Shown here piece by piece: positions 28,426 through 39,137 of a stretch of DNA of 64,000 nt. The first letter of the stretch is position 1. Each line of letters opens with the position of its first letter. A model generated the notes under the pieces. It had not been told where the DNA came from. It saw only the letters and a list, made by a program, of their open reading frames with translations, and searched no databases. The translations under genes and the position numbers were made by a program. Source of the stretch: an uncultured Alphaproteobacteria bacterium (GTDB lineage Bacteria; Pseudomonadota; Alphaproteobacteria; Sphingomonadales; Sphingomonadaceae); contig CAVVQF010000006.1 in assembly GCA_963750315.1 (NCBI GenBank), forward strand, positions 4,669 to 68,668, given 5' to 3'.

Positions 28426-29034
28426 TCAGGCGAGCTGAGCGAGTGGTCGCGCAGCCATTTTCCTGCGGCGGGCAGCGAAGCCCACGGCGCCGAAGCCGAG
28501 AAGCATCATCGCCCATGTCCCTGGCTCGGGAACCGCCGACTCAGAGATCAGACGGAACGTGCCGTTGACGTTTGCGGTACCCGGCGATCCGAACGTGGCA
28601 TTCGAAAGCGACAGCGAGAATGCGCCGCCGTTGCCAAAGTTGAACGTCGACGGTCCGTCCCAGACCACCCGGCCAACGTCGAGCAGCCAGATACCGAAGG
28701 TTTCGCCGGTAATCGGGTTACCCGTCGTTCCGAGCGGGTTCGCGAAGGCGAACTGCACGGAAATCGGCAGGGAGTTGGTGTCTTCGAACAGGTTGATCGT
28801 CGATTCATCGGTTCCGATCGTCAGCACGCTGGTCGTGAACGACGACGGCGTACCGGTGCCCGGATCGAGATCGAGATTGAACGGCCCGAAGTTCACCGGA
28901 TTGACGGTGACGACCAGGCCCGGGTCGCTGCCGTTAAAGGTGACGTTAGTAGCGCCGCCTTCGATGGTGGTGGTCGCCTGTGCGGCGGTAGAAAGTGACA
29001 GCAATGCCGCCACAGCAAGAACGATACGCCTCAT
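28426..29034 (-). CDS. PEP-CTERM (PEPxxWA) sorting-domain surface protein
   Basis: Signal peptide; C-terminus VPEPGTWAMMLLGFGAVGFAARRRK. Confidence 0.92.
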   Translation of the reverse strand: MRRIVLAVAALLSLSTAAQATTTIEGGATNVTFNGSDPGLVVTVNPVNFGPFNLDLDPGTGTPSSFTTSVLTIGTDESTINLFEDTNSLPISVQFAFANPLGTTGNPITGETFGIWLLDVGRVVWDGPSTFNFGNGGAFSLSLSNATFGSPGTANVNGTFRLISESAVPEPGTWAMMLLGFGAVGFAARRRKMAARPLAQLA

Positions 29035-29169
29035 ACTGAGTTCCCCAAAAGACGCGGGGCGGATAATCCGCCTCATGACTCGCGGTAAACTTTCGTTAAT
29101 CATCTTAGGCACTATGTCCAGTGAATTTTGTAAAATAGACTTGTCAGATTTCGGGACTCGATTTTCGGC

Positions 29170-30168
29170 TCAATCGAGCGTGACTACGAGCTTCCCGACG
29201 ACGCGTCTTTCAGCGATCGCCTGGATCGCTTCGCCTGCCCGTTCCAGTGGATAGGTCGCACTGATTTTCGGCGCGATCATTCCCTGCCGCCACAATTTGA
29301 ACAGCGTCTCGACGTGAGCGGCATTCGCCTTCGGGTCGCGCGCAGCGAAAGCTCCCCAGAAGACGCCGCAGACATCGCAGCTCTTCAGCAAAGTCAGGTT
29401 GAGCGGTAGTTTCGCAATGCCGGCCGGAAAGCCGACGACCAGGAACCGCCCCTGCCAGGCGATGCTGCGGAGCGCCGCCTCGGTGTATTCGCCGCCGACG
29501 GGATCGTATATGACGTCCGCGCCAGCCGGACCGACAGCGTCCTTGAATAGCTGGGCCAGCGCCTTTTGCCCGTCCTTGTCGAACGGCCCTTGCGGATAGA
29601 CGATTGCTTCGTCGGCACCGGACTCGCGCGCAGCCCGCGCCTTCTCCTCGGACGAAACCGCGGCGATTACTCGCGCCTCATAGGCCTTGCCGAGTTCCAC
29701 CGCGGCCAGCCCGACACCGCCGGCTGCGCCGAGCACCAGCATGGTCTGCCCGGCCTGCAACTTCCCGCGATCGAGCACAGCGTGGATCGACGTCGCGTAG
29801 GTGAGGAGAAGAGCCGCTCCCTCCTCGAAACTACGCTCCTCGGGCAGCCGAAACGCCGATCGCGCCGGAATCACCACTTTTTCCGCGAGCGCGCCGAAGC
29901 CGGTGACGGCGATGATACGATCGCCGATGTTCCAGCCTTCAACGCCGTCGCCGATCGCCTCGATCTCCCCCGACAGCTCGCCGCCGGGCGCGAATGGGCG
30001 CGGCGGCTTCAGCTGATACTTGTCCTCAATGATCAAAACGTCAGGGAAATTGATCGCCGCCGCGCGGACGCGGACCAGCAATTCACCGGGTCCGGGCGTC
30101 GGATCGGGGAGATCTTCGAGCCGAAGCGATTCGGGACCGCCGGGTTCGTGGGATAGCAGGGCTTTCAT
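29170..30168 (-). CDS. NADPH:quinone oxidoreductase (MDR family)
   Basis: AINFPD, PFAPGGE, VLGAAGGVGLAAVELGK, YDPVGG, VVGFPAG. Confidence 0.92.
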   Translation of the reverse strand: MKALLSHEPGGPESLRLEDLPDPTPGPGELLVRVRAAAINFPDVLIIEDKYQLKPPRPFAPGGELSGEIEAIGDGVEGWNIGDRIIAVTGFGALAEKVVIPARSAFRLPEERSFEEGAALLLTYATSIHAVLDRGKLQAGQTMLVLGAAGGVGLAAVELGKAYEARVIAAVSSEEKARAARESGADEAIVYPQGPFDKDGQKALAQLFKDAVGPAGADVIYDPVGGEYTEAALRSIAWQGRFLVVGFPAGIAKLPLNLTLLKSCDVCGVFWGAFAARDPKANAAHVETLFKLWRQGMIAPKISATYPLERAGEAIQAIAERRVVGKLVVTLD

Positions 30169-30173
30169 GGCAT

Positions 30174-30268
30174 CGTTGTACCCCTGCGAGGGCAGGGGTC
30201 CAGTCCGATGCCGAACGGCAGCGCCTACGGTGCTTGACTGGGCTCCTGCCTTCGCAGGAGCACAATCG
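30174..30268. repeat. Inverted pair of REP-like palindromic units
   Basis: TTGTACCCCTGCGAGGGCAGGGGTCCAGTC ... GACTGGGCTCCTGCCTTCGCAGGAGCACAA; each unit is a hairpin and the two are near reverse complements. Confidence 0.7.
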
Positions 30269-31132
30269 CTACTCCGCCGCCTTCGGAAACGCCGGGAGCA
30301 GGGCGATGTCGCGCGGTTCGTGCTGGATGACGACCTTCGCGCCGGTCTCCTTCGCCAGCGCTTCGAACTTGTCCATCGACTGCAGCGTCAATTCGCGGCT
30401 GGTATTGAACGGCGGCACGCCGCGCTTCTCCCTCGCTTCACGCGAGTGGTAGAGGTCGCCGGTCAGCAGCACCGGCCCAGACGCCAGCTTGACCAGCAAC
30501 GCCATATGATCCGGCGTGTGCCCGGGCAGATGAAGCGCCATCACGCTTCCGTCGCCGAAGACGTCCACGTCGCCCTCCGCGCTGTGAACCTTGGCTTGTT
30601 CCTTCCGCCACGGGCCGAACGGATCGTCCTTGCCCTTGGTAAGCTCGAAATCCTTCGTCCCGATCAGCAGCTCGGCATTCGGGAAATCCGCGGCCTGCCC
30701 GGTGTGGTCTGAGTGCATGTGGCTGATGCCGACGATGTCGATGTCCGCCGGCTTCAAACCAAGCTTCGCAAGCTGCTCGGCAATCGTCTTGTCTTCCCTG
30801 ATCGTCAGGTCGCCAAGGTCGCGTTCCTTGCCTTTCCACGACGCTGGGAAGCCCGTGTCCCAGAGCAGCACCTGGTCGCCGTGCCGGATAACGTAGCAAC
30901 TGTCGGTGATCACCCGCGGGCCGGGCTCGTACAGCCCCGGCTGGTCCGAAAAGAACTTGTCGAAATTCTTGATCGTCGGCGTGCCGCAGTCGAGCCGGAC
31001 AAGCGAGAGCTGAGGCGAAGCCGGTTCAGCCGCATTCGAAGGCGCCGATTGGTTCTCGGTAGCCTTCGGCGCCGGACCGCATGCACTCGCTGCAAGCCCC
31101 GCCGCCACTAAAGCGATCGTCCGAATTCGCAT
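30269..31132 (-). CDS. N-acyl homoserine lactonase family MBL-fold lipoprotein
   Basis: Lipobox ASAC; LWDTG, SHMHSDHTG, DVFGDG, PGHTPDH, LTGDLYH, QHE. Confidence 0.82.
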   Translation of the reverse strand: MRIRTIALVAAGLAASACGPAPKATENQSAPSNAAEPASPQLSLVRLDCGTPTIKNFDKFFSDQPGLYEPGPRVITDSCYVIRHGDQVLLWDTGFPASWKGKERDLGDLTIREDKTIAEQLAKLGLKPADIDIVGISHMHSDHTGQAADFPNAELLIGTKDFELTKGKDDPFGPWRKEQAKVHSAEGDVDVFGDGSVMALHLPGHTPDHMALLVKLASGPVLLTGDLYHSREAREKRGVPPFNTSRELTLQSMDKFEALAKETGAKVVIQHEPRDIALLPAFPKAAE

Positions 31133-31151
31133 GCTCAACCCCCCGGTTAGA

Positions 31152-31812
31152 TTACTCCACGTAGTTCGCGGTCGTTTTCTCCCGAACTTCTTCGGCGGTG
31201 ACGCCCGGCGCCAGCTCAATCAGCTTGAACGGGCTGTCATGGTCCGGCCGGTGGAACACGGCGAGGTCGGTGATGATCATGTCGACGACGTTCTTGCCGG
31301 TCAGCGGCAGCGTGCATTCCGGAATGAACTTCGGGTCGCCGGACTTGGATTACGTGCTCCATCACGACGATGATCTTTTTGACGCCGGCGACGAGGTCCA
31401 TCGCGCCGCCCATGCCCTTGATCATCTTGCCGGGGATCATCCAGTTGGCGATGTCGCCCTTCTCGCTGACTTCCATCGCGCCGAGCACGGTCAGGTCGAT
31501 GTGCCCGCCGCGGATCATCGCGAAGCTCGCCGCGCTGTCGAAGTAGGCTCGACGACGGAAGCTCGCTGATCGTTTGCTTGCCGGCGTTGATGAGATCCGG
31601 ATCGACCTGGTCCTCGTATGGGAACGGGCCGATGCCGAGCATGCCATTCTCGCTCTGCAGCGTGACGGTCATGCCTTCCGGGATGTTGTTCGCCACCAAG
31701 CGTCGGAATGCCGATGCCGAGGTTGACGTAATAACCGTCGCGAAGCTCCTTCGCGGCGCGGGCGGCCATCTGGTCGCGGGTCCAGCCCTTCGTCTCAACT
31801 CGCAGTCGCCAT
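31152..31812 (-). CDS. scoB: 3-oxoacid CoA-transferase subunit B (frameshifts)
   Basis: [56 protein letters not shown]. Confidence 0.9.
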
Positions 31813-32519
31813 TATGCCGCCTCCCGCTGACGAACCGTCTTGAATTCGATCTTCTTGTCGTACGGCGCCCCGAGGATCAGCCGCTTCACGTAGATCGACG
31901 GCAAATGGATGCTGTCCGGGTCGAGCGAGCCGACCGGCACGATTTCCTCGACCTCGGCGATGCAGATCTTGCCGCTGGTCGCTGCCGGCTGGTTGAAGTT
32001 GCGGGCGGTCTTGCGGAACACGAGGTTGCCGCTCTCGTCAGCCTTCCAGCCCTTCACCACGCTAAGGTCGGCGCGGATGCCGCGCTCGAGAATGTAATCC
32101 TCGCCGTCGAAATTCTTCACTTCCTTGCCCTCGGCGACCTGCGTGCCGACGCCAGTCTTGGTGTAGAAGCCGGGGATGCCCGCGCCGCCAGCACGGAGGC
32201 GCTCCGCGAGCGTGCCCTGCGGCGTGAATTCCACTTCGAGCTCACCGGCGAGGAATTGGCGTTCGAACTCCTTGTTCTCGCCGACGTAGGACGAGATCAT
32301 CCGCTTCACCTGCTTGGTGCGCAGGAGCTTGCCGAGGCCTTCGTTATCGATGCCGGCATTGTTCGACGCGATGGTGAGGTCCTTCACCCCACTCGCCTGG
32401 ATCGCGTCGATCAGGCGCTCCGGAATGCCGCACAGTCCGAACCCGCCCGCCGCGATGGTCATTCCATCGAACAGCAGGCCCTGAAGCGCTTCCTCGGCGC
32501 TGGAGTAGATTTTCTGCAT
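31812..32519 (-). CDS. scoA: 3-oxoacid CoA-transferase subunit A
   Basis: [44 protein letters not shown]. Confidence 0.94.
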   Translation of the reverse strand: MQKIYSSAEEALQGLLFDGMTIAAGGFGLCGIPERLIDAIQASGVKDLTIASNNAGIDNEGLGKLLRTKQVKRMISSYVGENKEFERQFLAGELEVEFTPQGTLAERLRAGGAGIPGFYTKTGVGTQVAEGKEVKNFDGEDYILERGIRADLSVVKGWKADESGNLVFRKTARNFNQPAATSGKICIAEVEEIVPVGSLDPDSIHLPSIYVKRLILGAPYDKKIEFKTVRQREAA

Positions 32520-32550
32520 GCTTCGCCTCTGCCGTTCACGGCATCGAGGG

Positions 32551-33201
32551 TCAAGCAGCGGCCAGCTCGGGCTGAAACTCCGCGGGGCTGAGCCCTTCGC
32601 GTTCGATCGCCCGCTTCACCGCCGGCCGCTCCAGCACACGCTGCAATAGCGCGGCCCAGCGCGGATAGCGGTTCATGTCCATGCCGATCCGCCGTCCCCA
32701 GCGGAAAAAGACCAAAGCATAGCCATCTGCGGCCGTGAAGCTGTCGCCGACAAGCCAGCCTTCGCCTGACAGTTGCTCGATTTCTGCAAACTGCTTCTCG
32801 AGCGCGCGGATGCCGCCTTCCTTGATCGCGTCGAACAATTTCTCGTCGTTGGTGAAGCGTTCGCCCCGCCAGACCTGAGCGAAGGAAATGTGTACGCTCG
32901 ACGAAAACCAGCCGAGCAGCTCATTGCAGCGCGCGGCGTCGAATGGCTCGCTGGGGACGGAGCCGTCCTTGCCGTAGAGATCGCCGACCAGGTTGAGGAT
33001 GGCGAGATTCTCCGTGACGACGCCATTGTCGGTCACCAGGGCTGGGACTCGGGCGCGCGGATTGATCTCCAGGAATTCCGCAGTGAGGTGCTCGCCATGC
33101 ATCAGCGTGACGCGCATCGGCTGGAACGGTTCGCCGGCCTCTTCGAGCGCGATGTGCGTGACCAGCGAGCAGGCGCCCGGCGAATAGAAGAGCTCCAGCA
33201 T
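32551..33201 (-). CDS. Glutathione S-transferase
   Basis: [37 protein letters not shown]. Confidence 0.92.
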   Translation of the reverse strand: MLELFYSPGACSLVTHIALEEAGEPFQPMRVTLMHGEHLTAEFLEINPRARVPALVTDNGVVTENLAILNLVGDLYGKDGSVPSEPFDAARCNELLGWFSSSVHISFAQVWRGERFTNDEKLFDAIKEGGIRALEKQFAEIEQLSGEGWLVGDSFTAADGYALVFFRWGRRIGMDMNRYPRWAALLQRVLERPAVKRAIEREGLSPAEFQPELAAA

Positions 33202-33216
33202 TCGACCTCCGACAGT

Positions 33217-33588
33217 TTATTCCGACGCGCTACCTTGCAGGCTGCGCAGGACCGCCAGAGCTTCCCCCCTCCGGTCCCACGGGACGAACAGATGGTCGTG
33301 ATTGAGCGCCGCTACAATGTTCGCACTGATTCCTTTTTCGGTGAGCCGCGATGAAATTTCGGCAGTCAGGCCGACGGCCTCGAGACTGGAGTGCACCTCA
33401 AGGCTGATCCGCGCCCAAGCTCCGTTGGGATCGGGCTGGACCAAGGTTAAGCCTTCATCCTCGCGGATGAGCGCAAACTGCCCGTCCCGCAGCGTCGGGT
33501 CAGCCGTCTCAGCGAACGAATACCGTTCTGGGTAGAGCTTCGGCCTCAGGCCTTGAAGCAGCCGGGCAAGATCGCGCTCGCCGGCCAA
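33217..33588 (-). CDS. ACT-domain protein (DUF2241-like)
   Basis: MAGERDL.RLL, EDEGLTL, VHSSLEAVGLTA, ISANIVA..HDHLFVP. Confidence 0.85.
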   Translation of the reverse strand: MAGERDLARLLQGLRPKLYPERYSFAETADPTLRDGQFALIREDEGLTLVQPDPNGAWARISLEVHSSLEAVGLTAEISSRLTEKGISANIVAALNHDHLFVPWDRRGEALAVLRSLQGSASE

Positions 33589-33594
33589 GGCGGC

Positions 33595-33893
33595 TTATGA
33601 GCGCAACTTGGCGAGGACGCCCTGCAGCTGCATCGCGTTCGACATGTCACCCTCGATGCGGAGCTTGCCGGTCATGAATGCCGTCATGCCGTCCAGCTGG
33701 CCGGCGGCCATCGCCTGCCAATCGTCCCAAGCGACCTTGATCGTTGTGTCGGCGTCACCGTCTTCCTCGGTGACCTGGTTGCCGCACCGTCGAGCAGGAT
33801 CACGCCCTCGCTTCCGAAGTCGAGCTTCACGCGCTTGCCCGGCACCCAGGCCTGACCTTCCTGCATGCGCGAAACCAGTTCCTGCTTGTCCAT
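33595..33893 (-). CDS. SCP2 sterol-binding domain protein (frameshift near 33785)
   Basis: VKLDFGSEGVILLDG joins DADTTI..DWQAM..GQLDGMTAFMTGKLRIEGDM. Confidence 0.85.
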
Positions 33894-33967
33894 TGCTGCT
33901 TTCTCCCTTGTCAGTAAGCGGTAGCCTCGTGTTGCAGGCGAAACAAGCGAAGCCTATCTGGCGCTCC

Positions 33968-35395
33968 ATGGGATACGAAACCGACCTCAAGCTCTTCATC
34001 GACGGTGTCTGGAAAAGCGGCGAAGGCCGCGACGCCCACACGGTCCTGAACCCCGTCAACGCCAGCCCGATCGCGGAGGTCCCCTATGCGACCAAGGCGG
34101 ATCTGGAGGAGGCGCTCGAAGCCTCGAACCGGGCCTGGCCGGAATGGCGATCGATGGACGTCGAGAAGCGCGGGGCGATCCTGCACAAGGCGGCGGCGCT
34201 GCTGCGTGAGCGCGTTGACCTCATCGCCGCGACGATGACTCAGGAGCAGGGCAAGATCCTGGCTGAATCGAAGACAGAAGTTCTCGCATCGGCACAGCTG
34301 TTCGATTGGTACGCCGAAGAGGCCAAGCGCGATTACGGCCGCACGCTTGTGCGTCCCGCCGGCCAACTCAGCCGCGTGATCCGCCAGCCGGTCGGCCCAG
34401 TCGCGACGTTCACGCCGTGGAATTTCCCGCTCTATCTGCTGGCGAAGAAGGTCAGCGCCGCGCTTGCCGCCGGCTGCACCGTCATCTCGCGTCCGCCGCA
34501 TGAAACGCCGGGCGTCGGCACCGAGATGTTCCGCGCGCTCGCCGATGCAGGCATCCCGAACGGCGTCGCCCAGCTCGTCCACGGTAAGTCCGGCCTGGTC
34601 AGCGACACGCTCATCGCCAGCAAGGTCATTCGAAAGGTCAGCTTCACCGGCTCGACCAACGTCGGCAAGCATCTGATGCGACTTTGCGCCGACAGCATGA
34701 CCCGGGTGACGATGGAGCTCGGCGGTCATGCGCCCGTGCTGATCTTCGACGACTGCGATCTCGAAAAGACGCTCGACATGGTCGTACCGCAGAAATTCCG
34801 GAACGCCGGACAGGTCTGCGTCTCGCCGACCCGTTTCTACGTGCAGAGCGGCATTTACGAAGCCTTCGTGCAGGGCTTCGCCGAGCGCACGCAGAAGGTG
34901 AAGATCGGCAACGGCCTCGAAGCGGATACCCGCATGGGCCCGCTCGCCAACAGCCGTCGCCCCGGCGCGATCGAAGCGCTGGTGCAGGACGCCAAGGCCA
35001 AGGGTGCCCGAGTCCTTGCCGGTGGCGAACGCGGCGAAGGCGGCTTCTTCTTCCAGCCGACCTTGCTCGCCGACGTGACCAACGAAGCCGAGATCATGAA
35101 CGAGGAGCCATTCGGCCCCGTCGCCGTCTCGCGCCCATTCGACACATTCGAGGAAGTGATCGAGCAGGCAAACCGCCTGCCCTACGGTCTCGCCGCGTTC
35201 GCTTTCACGGAGAACGGCCGCCGCGCCAATCTTATCGGCGATTTGGTCGAGAGCGGCATGGTCGGGATCAACACCTTTGCGCTGTCCGCTGCAGATGCGC
35301 CGTTTGGCGGCGTAAAGGACTCCGGCTTTGGGTCTGAAGGCGGCAAGGAAGGCCTTGAAAGCTACCAAGTAGTCAAGGCGATCCACCAGGCCTGA
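33968..35395 (+). CDS. NAD-dependent succinate-semialdehyde dehydrogenase family
   Basis: TPWNFP, SFTGST, MELGGHAP, FRNAGQVC, EEPFGP, PFGGVKDSG.G.EG. Confidence 0.92.
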   Translation: MGYETDLKLFIDGVWKSGEGRDAHTVLNPVNASPIAEVPYATKADLEEALEASNRAWPEWRSMDVEKRGAILHKAAALLRERVDLIAATMTQEQGKILAESKTEVLASAQLFDWYAEEAKRDYGRTLVRPAGQLSRVIRQPVGPVATFTPWNFPLYLLAKKVSAALAAGCTVISRPPHETPGVGTEMFRALADAGIPNGVAQLVHGKSGLVSDTLIASKVIRKVSFTGSTNVGKHLMRLCADSMTRVTMELGGHAPVLIFDDCDLEKTLDMVVPQKFRNAGQVCVSPTRFYVQSGIYEAFVQGFAERTQKVKIGNGLEADTRMGPLANSRRPGAIEALVQDAKAKGARVLAGGERGEGGFFFQPTLLADVTNEAEIMNEEPFGPVAVSRPFDTFEEVIEQANRLPYGLAAFAFTENGRRANLIGDLVESGMVGINTFALSAADAPFGGVKDSGFGSEGGKEGLESYQVVKAIHQA

Positions 35396-35397
35396 GC

Positions 35398-35712
35398 TTA
35401 AGGTATCGCGGTGTTGAACTGGATCACGGGCGTTGCGCTCGTGAAGTTCGGGATATCCGCAGCCAGCGCCTGACCTTCCTTCGACGCTGCCGCTTTGCGG
35501 GCGGCCTCTTCCGTCGGAAAGCTGAGGATGGTGGTCACGAAGAACGCCGGATCACCGCCATCAAGCACCTGCTCGCCGCGGAGAACACTGGCGTAGCCGA
35601 GACCGAACGGTTTGAACGCCTTGCCGACTTCCGGAAGATGCTTGGTCCGGAAATAGTCGAAGTCGAACGTCGCATCTGGCGACGCCGGGTAGTGGATGGT
35701 GAGCACGTACAT
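35398..35712 (-). CDS. EthD family reductase
   Basis: YP....FDFDYF..KHLP; ADIPNFT...P..Q. Confidence 0.8.
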   Translation of the reverse strand: MYVLTIHYPASPDATFDFDYFRTKHLPEVGKAFKPFGLGYASVLRGEQVLDGGDPAFFVTTILSFPTEEAARKAAASKEGQALAADIPNFTSATPVIQFNTAIP

Positions 35713-35766
35713 ATCGATCGACTAGCCCGTTTGCACCGGCATCGCCAGCCGCCTACAGGCCGCCGC

Positions 35767-37428
35767 ATGACCAAGCGCACCGGCGGCCAGATCCTCGTCG
35801 ACCAGCTCAGGATCCAGGGCTGCGACCGCATTTTCACCGTTCCCGGCGAGAGCTTTCTCGCCGTTCTCGACGCCCTCCACGATACGCCGGAGATCGACAC
35901 CGTCGTGTGCCGGCAGGAAGGTGGCGTGTCGTACATGGCCGACGCCGACGGGAAGATGACCGGGCGGCCCGGCATCGCCTTCGTCACTCGCGGGCCTGGC
36001 GCGACCAATGCCACCGCCGGCGTGCACGTGGCCTTCCAGGACTCGACGCCGATGATCCTGTTCATCGGCGACGTCGCGCGCGGCGACCGCGACCGTGAGG
36101 GCTTTCAGGAGGTGGATTTCCCCGCCTTCTTCGGACCGATCGCCAAGTGGGCGGCGCGGATCGAGGACGCCGGCCGCATCCCCGAATACATCTACCGCGC
36201 CTATCGCGTTGCAACAGCGGGCCGGCCGGGGCCGGTCGTGCTCGCGCTGCCCGAGGACATGCTGCGCGACGAGGTCGAGGCAGTCGATCGCCCGCGCGTT
36301 CCGCACGTCGTCGAAGAACCCGATCCGGGCGCGGTCGGCGCATTGTTCGAGCTGCTCAAGGAAGCCGCCTCACCCGTCGCGATCGTCGGCGGCGCCGACT
36401 GGAGCCCGCGCGCGGCGCATCATTTCGGCAATTTCGCCTTCCGGCATGGCATTCCCGTCGCGGCGGCCTTCCGGCGCCAGGACGCGATCGACAACAAGTG
36501 CGGCGTCTATGCGGGCCAGCTTGGCTACGGACCAAACCCGAAGCTGCAGCAGCGCATTCGCGATGCGGACCTGATCATCGCGGTCGGGCCCCGGCTCGGA
36601 GAGTCGACCACCGACGGTTACTCGTTGATCACGCCCGACCATCCCGGCCAGACGCTCGTCCACGTCCATCCGGACCCCAACGAGCTCGGCCACGTCTACC
36701 ATGCCGATTTGCCGATTTGCTCGGACATGGGCGAGTTCGCGGAGATGGTCGACGAGTGGAGCGATCCCGATCTCGTGCGCTTTTCGTGCGGCGAAACAGC
36801 GCATCAGGAGTGGCTCGAATGGTCTGAACCCAAGGCACGCGACGGCGTCGCGCTCGACCTCGGCCCCTGCGTCGCCGCGATGCGGGAAAAGCTCCCGCCG
36901 GACACGATCATCTGCAACGGCGCCGGCAATTTCTCGGGCTGGTGGCACCGTTACTGGCGCTACGGCTGCATGCCGACGCAGCTCGCGCCGACTTCCGGCA
37001 CAATGGGATATGGCCTTCCCGCAGCGGTTGCAGGCGCGATCCGCTTCAAAGACCGCCCGGTGGTCTGCGTCGCGGGCGACGGCGACTTCCTGATGAACGG
37101 CCAGGAGATTGCGACGGCGGTTCAATATGGCGCGGATTTGCTCATCATCATCGTCGACAACGGCTTCTACGGCACCATCCGCATGCACCAGGAGCGTGAG
37201 TATCCCGAGCGCATCTCGGCGACGAAGCTCCACAACCCGGATTTCGCAGCGCTTGCCCGCGCTTTCGGCGGTACGGCGGAGACGGTTGAAAAGACGGAGG
37301 AATTCGGCCCCGCGCTCGATCGCCTGCTGGCCAGGAAGGGCGTCCGGCTGATCCACTGCAAGACCGACGTCGAGCAGATCACCAACGCGACGACGATTTC
37401 CAAGCTTCGCGAGAAGGCGAAAGCCTAA
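35767..37428 (+). CDS. Thiamine pyrophosphate-binding protein (acetolactate synthase large subunit-like)
   Basis: VPGESFL, CRQEGG, TRGPGATN, EGFQEVD, GTMGYG, AGDGDFLMNGQE...DNG.YGTIRMHQ. Confidence 0.92.
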   Translation: MTKRTGGQILVDQLRIQGCDRIFTVPGESFLAVLDALHDTPEIDTVVCRQEGGVSYMADADGKMTGRPGIAFVTRGPGATNATAGVHVAFQDSTPMILFIGDVARGDRDREGFQEVDFPAFFGPIAKWAARIEDAGRIPEYIYRAYRVATAGRPGPVVLALPEDMLRDEVEAVDRPRVPHVVEEPDPGAVGALFELLKEAASPVAIVGGADWSPRAAHHFGNFAFRHGIPVAAAFRRQDAIDNKCGVYAGQLGYGPNPKLQQRIRDADLIIAVGPRLGESTTDGYSLITPDHPGQTLVHVHPDPNELGHVYHADLPICSDMGEFAEMVDEWSDPDLVRFSCGETAHQEWLEWSEPKARDGVALDLGPCVAAMREKLPPDTIICNGAGNFSGWWHRYWRYGCMPTQLAPTSGTMGYGLPAAVAGAIRFKDRPVVCVAGDGDFLMNGQEIATAVQYGADLLIIIVDNGFYGTIRMHQEREYPERISATKLHNPDFAALARAFGGTAETVEKTEEFGPALDRLLARKGVRLIHCKTDVEQITNATTISKLREKAKA

Positions 37429-37546
37429 TCGCCCATATCCCAGCGCTTGCGACAAGACGGTCGTTCCACTCGGCCACCTCGCGAAGGCTGGAGAAATCGG
37501 GCATAGCTGCTCCGTAAGACAGCCGAATGCAGACGGGGGCATTTCG

Positions 37547-38353
37547 ATGGCGTCGATCGATGTAAGGTTTTCCGGGTCGGTCCCGGCCAATTACGAGCAG
37601 TACATGGTGCCGCTGCTGTTCCGCCCCTATGCGGAGCAGGTCGCCGAGCGGGCGAAAGCGTTCGGGCCCAAGCGGATACTGGAAACGGCGGCCGGGACAG
37701 GCGTCGTCACCGATGCGCTTAGCCGGGCGCTGCCGGACTGCGAAATCCTCGCCACCGACCTCAACCAGCCGATGCTGGACGTCGCCGCGTCGCGCGTGAC
37801 TTCACCGAACGTCACCTTCCGTCAGGCGGATGCGCTCAGTCTTCCGTTCGAGGATGCAAGCTTCGACCTCGTCGTCTGCCAGTTCGGCGTGATGTTCTAC
37901 CCGGACAAGGTCAAAGGCGGATCGGAGGCACGGCGCATGCTTCGCGACGGCGGACATTATTTGTTTGCCGTTTGGGACCGCATCGACCGCAATGGGCTGA
38001 GTCATCTCGCGAACGAAAGTTTACGGGGGCAGTTTCCGGACAACCCGCCGCGCTTCATGGAGCGCGGTCCGTTCAGCTATTACGAGCCCGAGTGGATCGA
38101 GCGCGACCTGCACGCTGCCGGCTTCGAACAGGTTGAGCTGGAGACGGTCCAACTGACCAGCCGCAGCCCGTCAGCCGAGGAAGGCGCACGCGGGCTGGTT
38201 TACGGCTCTCCGATGGGCGTCGAGCTTGCCGAATATGGCGCAGGCGCGCTGGACCAGGTCTACGCAGACCTGGTGCGCACTGCGCGTCGCTACGAGGGGC
38301 CGAACGGCTTCGAAGCGCCAATGTCGGCGCACATCGTGGCGGCGACTAAATAA
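37547..38353 (+). CDS. Class I SAM-dependent methyltransferase
   Basis: [32 protein letters not shown]. Confidence 0.9.
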   Translation: MASIDVRFSGSVPANYEQYMVPLLFRPYAEQVAERAKAFGPKRILETAAGTGVVTDALSRALPDCEILATDLNQPMLDVAASRVTSPNVTFRQADALSLPFEDASFDLVVCQFGVMFYPDKVKGGSEARRMLRDGGHYLFAVWDRIDRNGLSHLANESLRGQFPDNPPRFMERGPFSYYEPEWIERDLHAAGFEQVELETVQLTSRSPSAEEGARGLVYGSPMGVELAEYGAGALDQVYADLVRTARRYEGPNGFEAPMSAHIVAATK

Positions 38354-39137
38354 GTCCCGCGAGCGGGCTACTCGGATCGGCGTAGCGGCGCTTCTGCATG
38401 CGGCCGGAGAGGTAGGCGAGGCGTCCAGCCTCGACGGCCGCTTTCATCGCGCGGGCCATCATCACCGGCTCCTTGGCTTCGGCAATTGCCGTGTTCATCA
38501 GGACGCCGTCGCAGCCAAGTTCCATCGCCTGTGCTGCGTCGCTGGCCGTGCCGACGCCGGCATCGACCAGCACGGGTACGCCCGCGCCTTCGACGATGAG
38601 GCGGATGGTGACGCGGTTCTGAATGCCGAGGCCGGATCCGATCGGAGCGCCCAGCGGCATGATCGCCACCGCGCCCGCTTCTTCGAGCTGCTTCGCGGCG
38701 ATCGGATCGTCAACGCAATAGACCATCGGCTCGAAGCCCTCCTTCACCAGGACTTCGGTCGCGCGCAGCGTCTCTCGCATGTCGGGATAGAGCGTCTTCG
38801 CCTCGCCGAGCACTTCGAGCTTCACGAGGTTCCAGCCGCCCGCCTCGCGCGCCAGGCGCAAAGTTCGGATCGCATCGTCAGCGGTGAAACAGCCCGCCGT
38901 GTTCGGCAGGTAGGTGATCTTCGTCGGATCGATGAAGTCGGTGAGCATCGGCTCATTCGGGTTCGAGATGTTCACCCGCCGCACGGCGACCGTGACGATC
39001 TCGGCGCCCGACGCCTCCACCGCCGCCGCATTCTCTTCGAGGCTCTTGTACTTGCCCGTGCCGACGATCAGCCGCGACGTGAACGTCCGGCCCGCGACGG
39101 TCCACGTATCCGCTCTCACGGCGCTTTCCACGTTCAC
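38346..39137 (-). CDS. thiG: Thiazole synthase
   Basis: [47 protein letters not shown]. Confidence 0.96.
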   Translation of the reverse strand: MNVESAVRADTWTVAGRTFTSRLIVGTGKYKSLEENAAAVEASGAEIVTVAVRRVNISNPNEPMLTDFIDPTKITYLPNTAGCFTADDAIRTLRLAREAGGWNLVKLEVLGEAKTLYPDMRETLRATEVLVKEGFEPMVYCVDDPIAAKQLEEAGAVAIMPLGAPIGSGLGIQNRVTIRLIVEGAGVPVLVDAGVGTASDAAQAMELGCDGVLMNTAIAEAKEPVMMARAMKAAVEAGRLAYLSGRMQKRRYADPSSPLAGLI

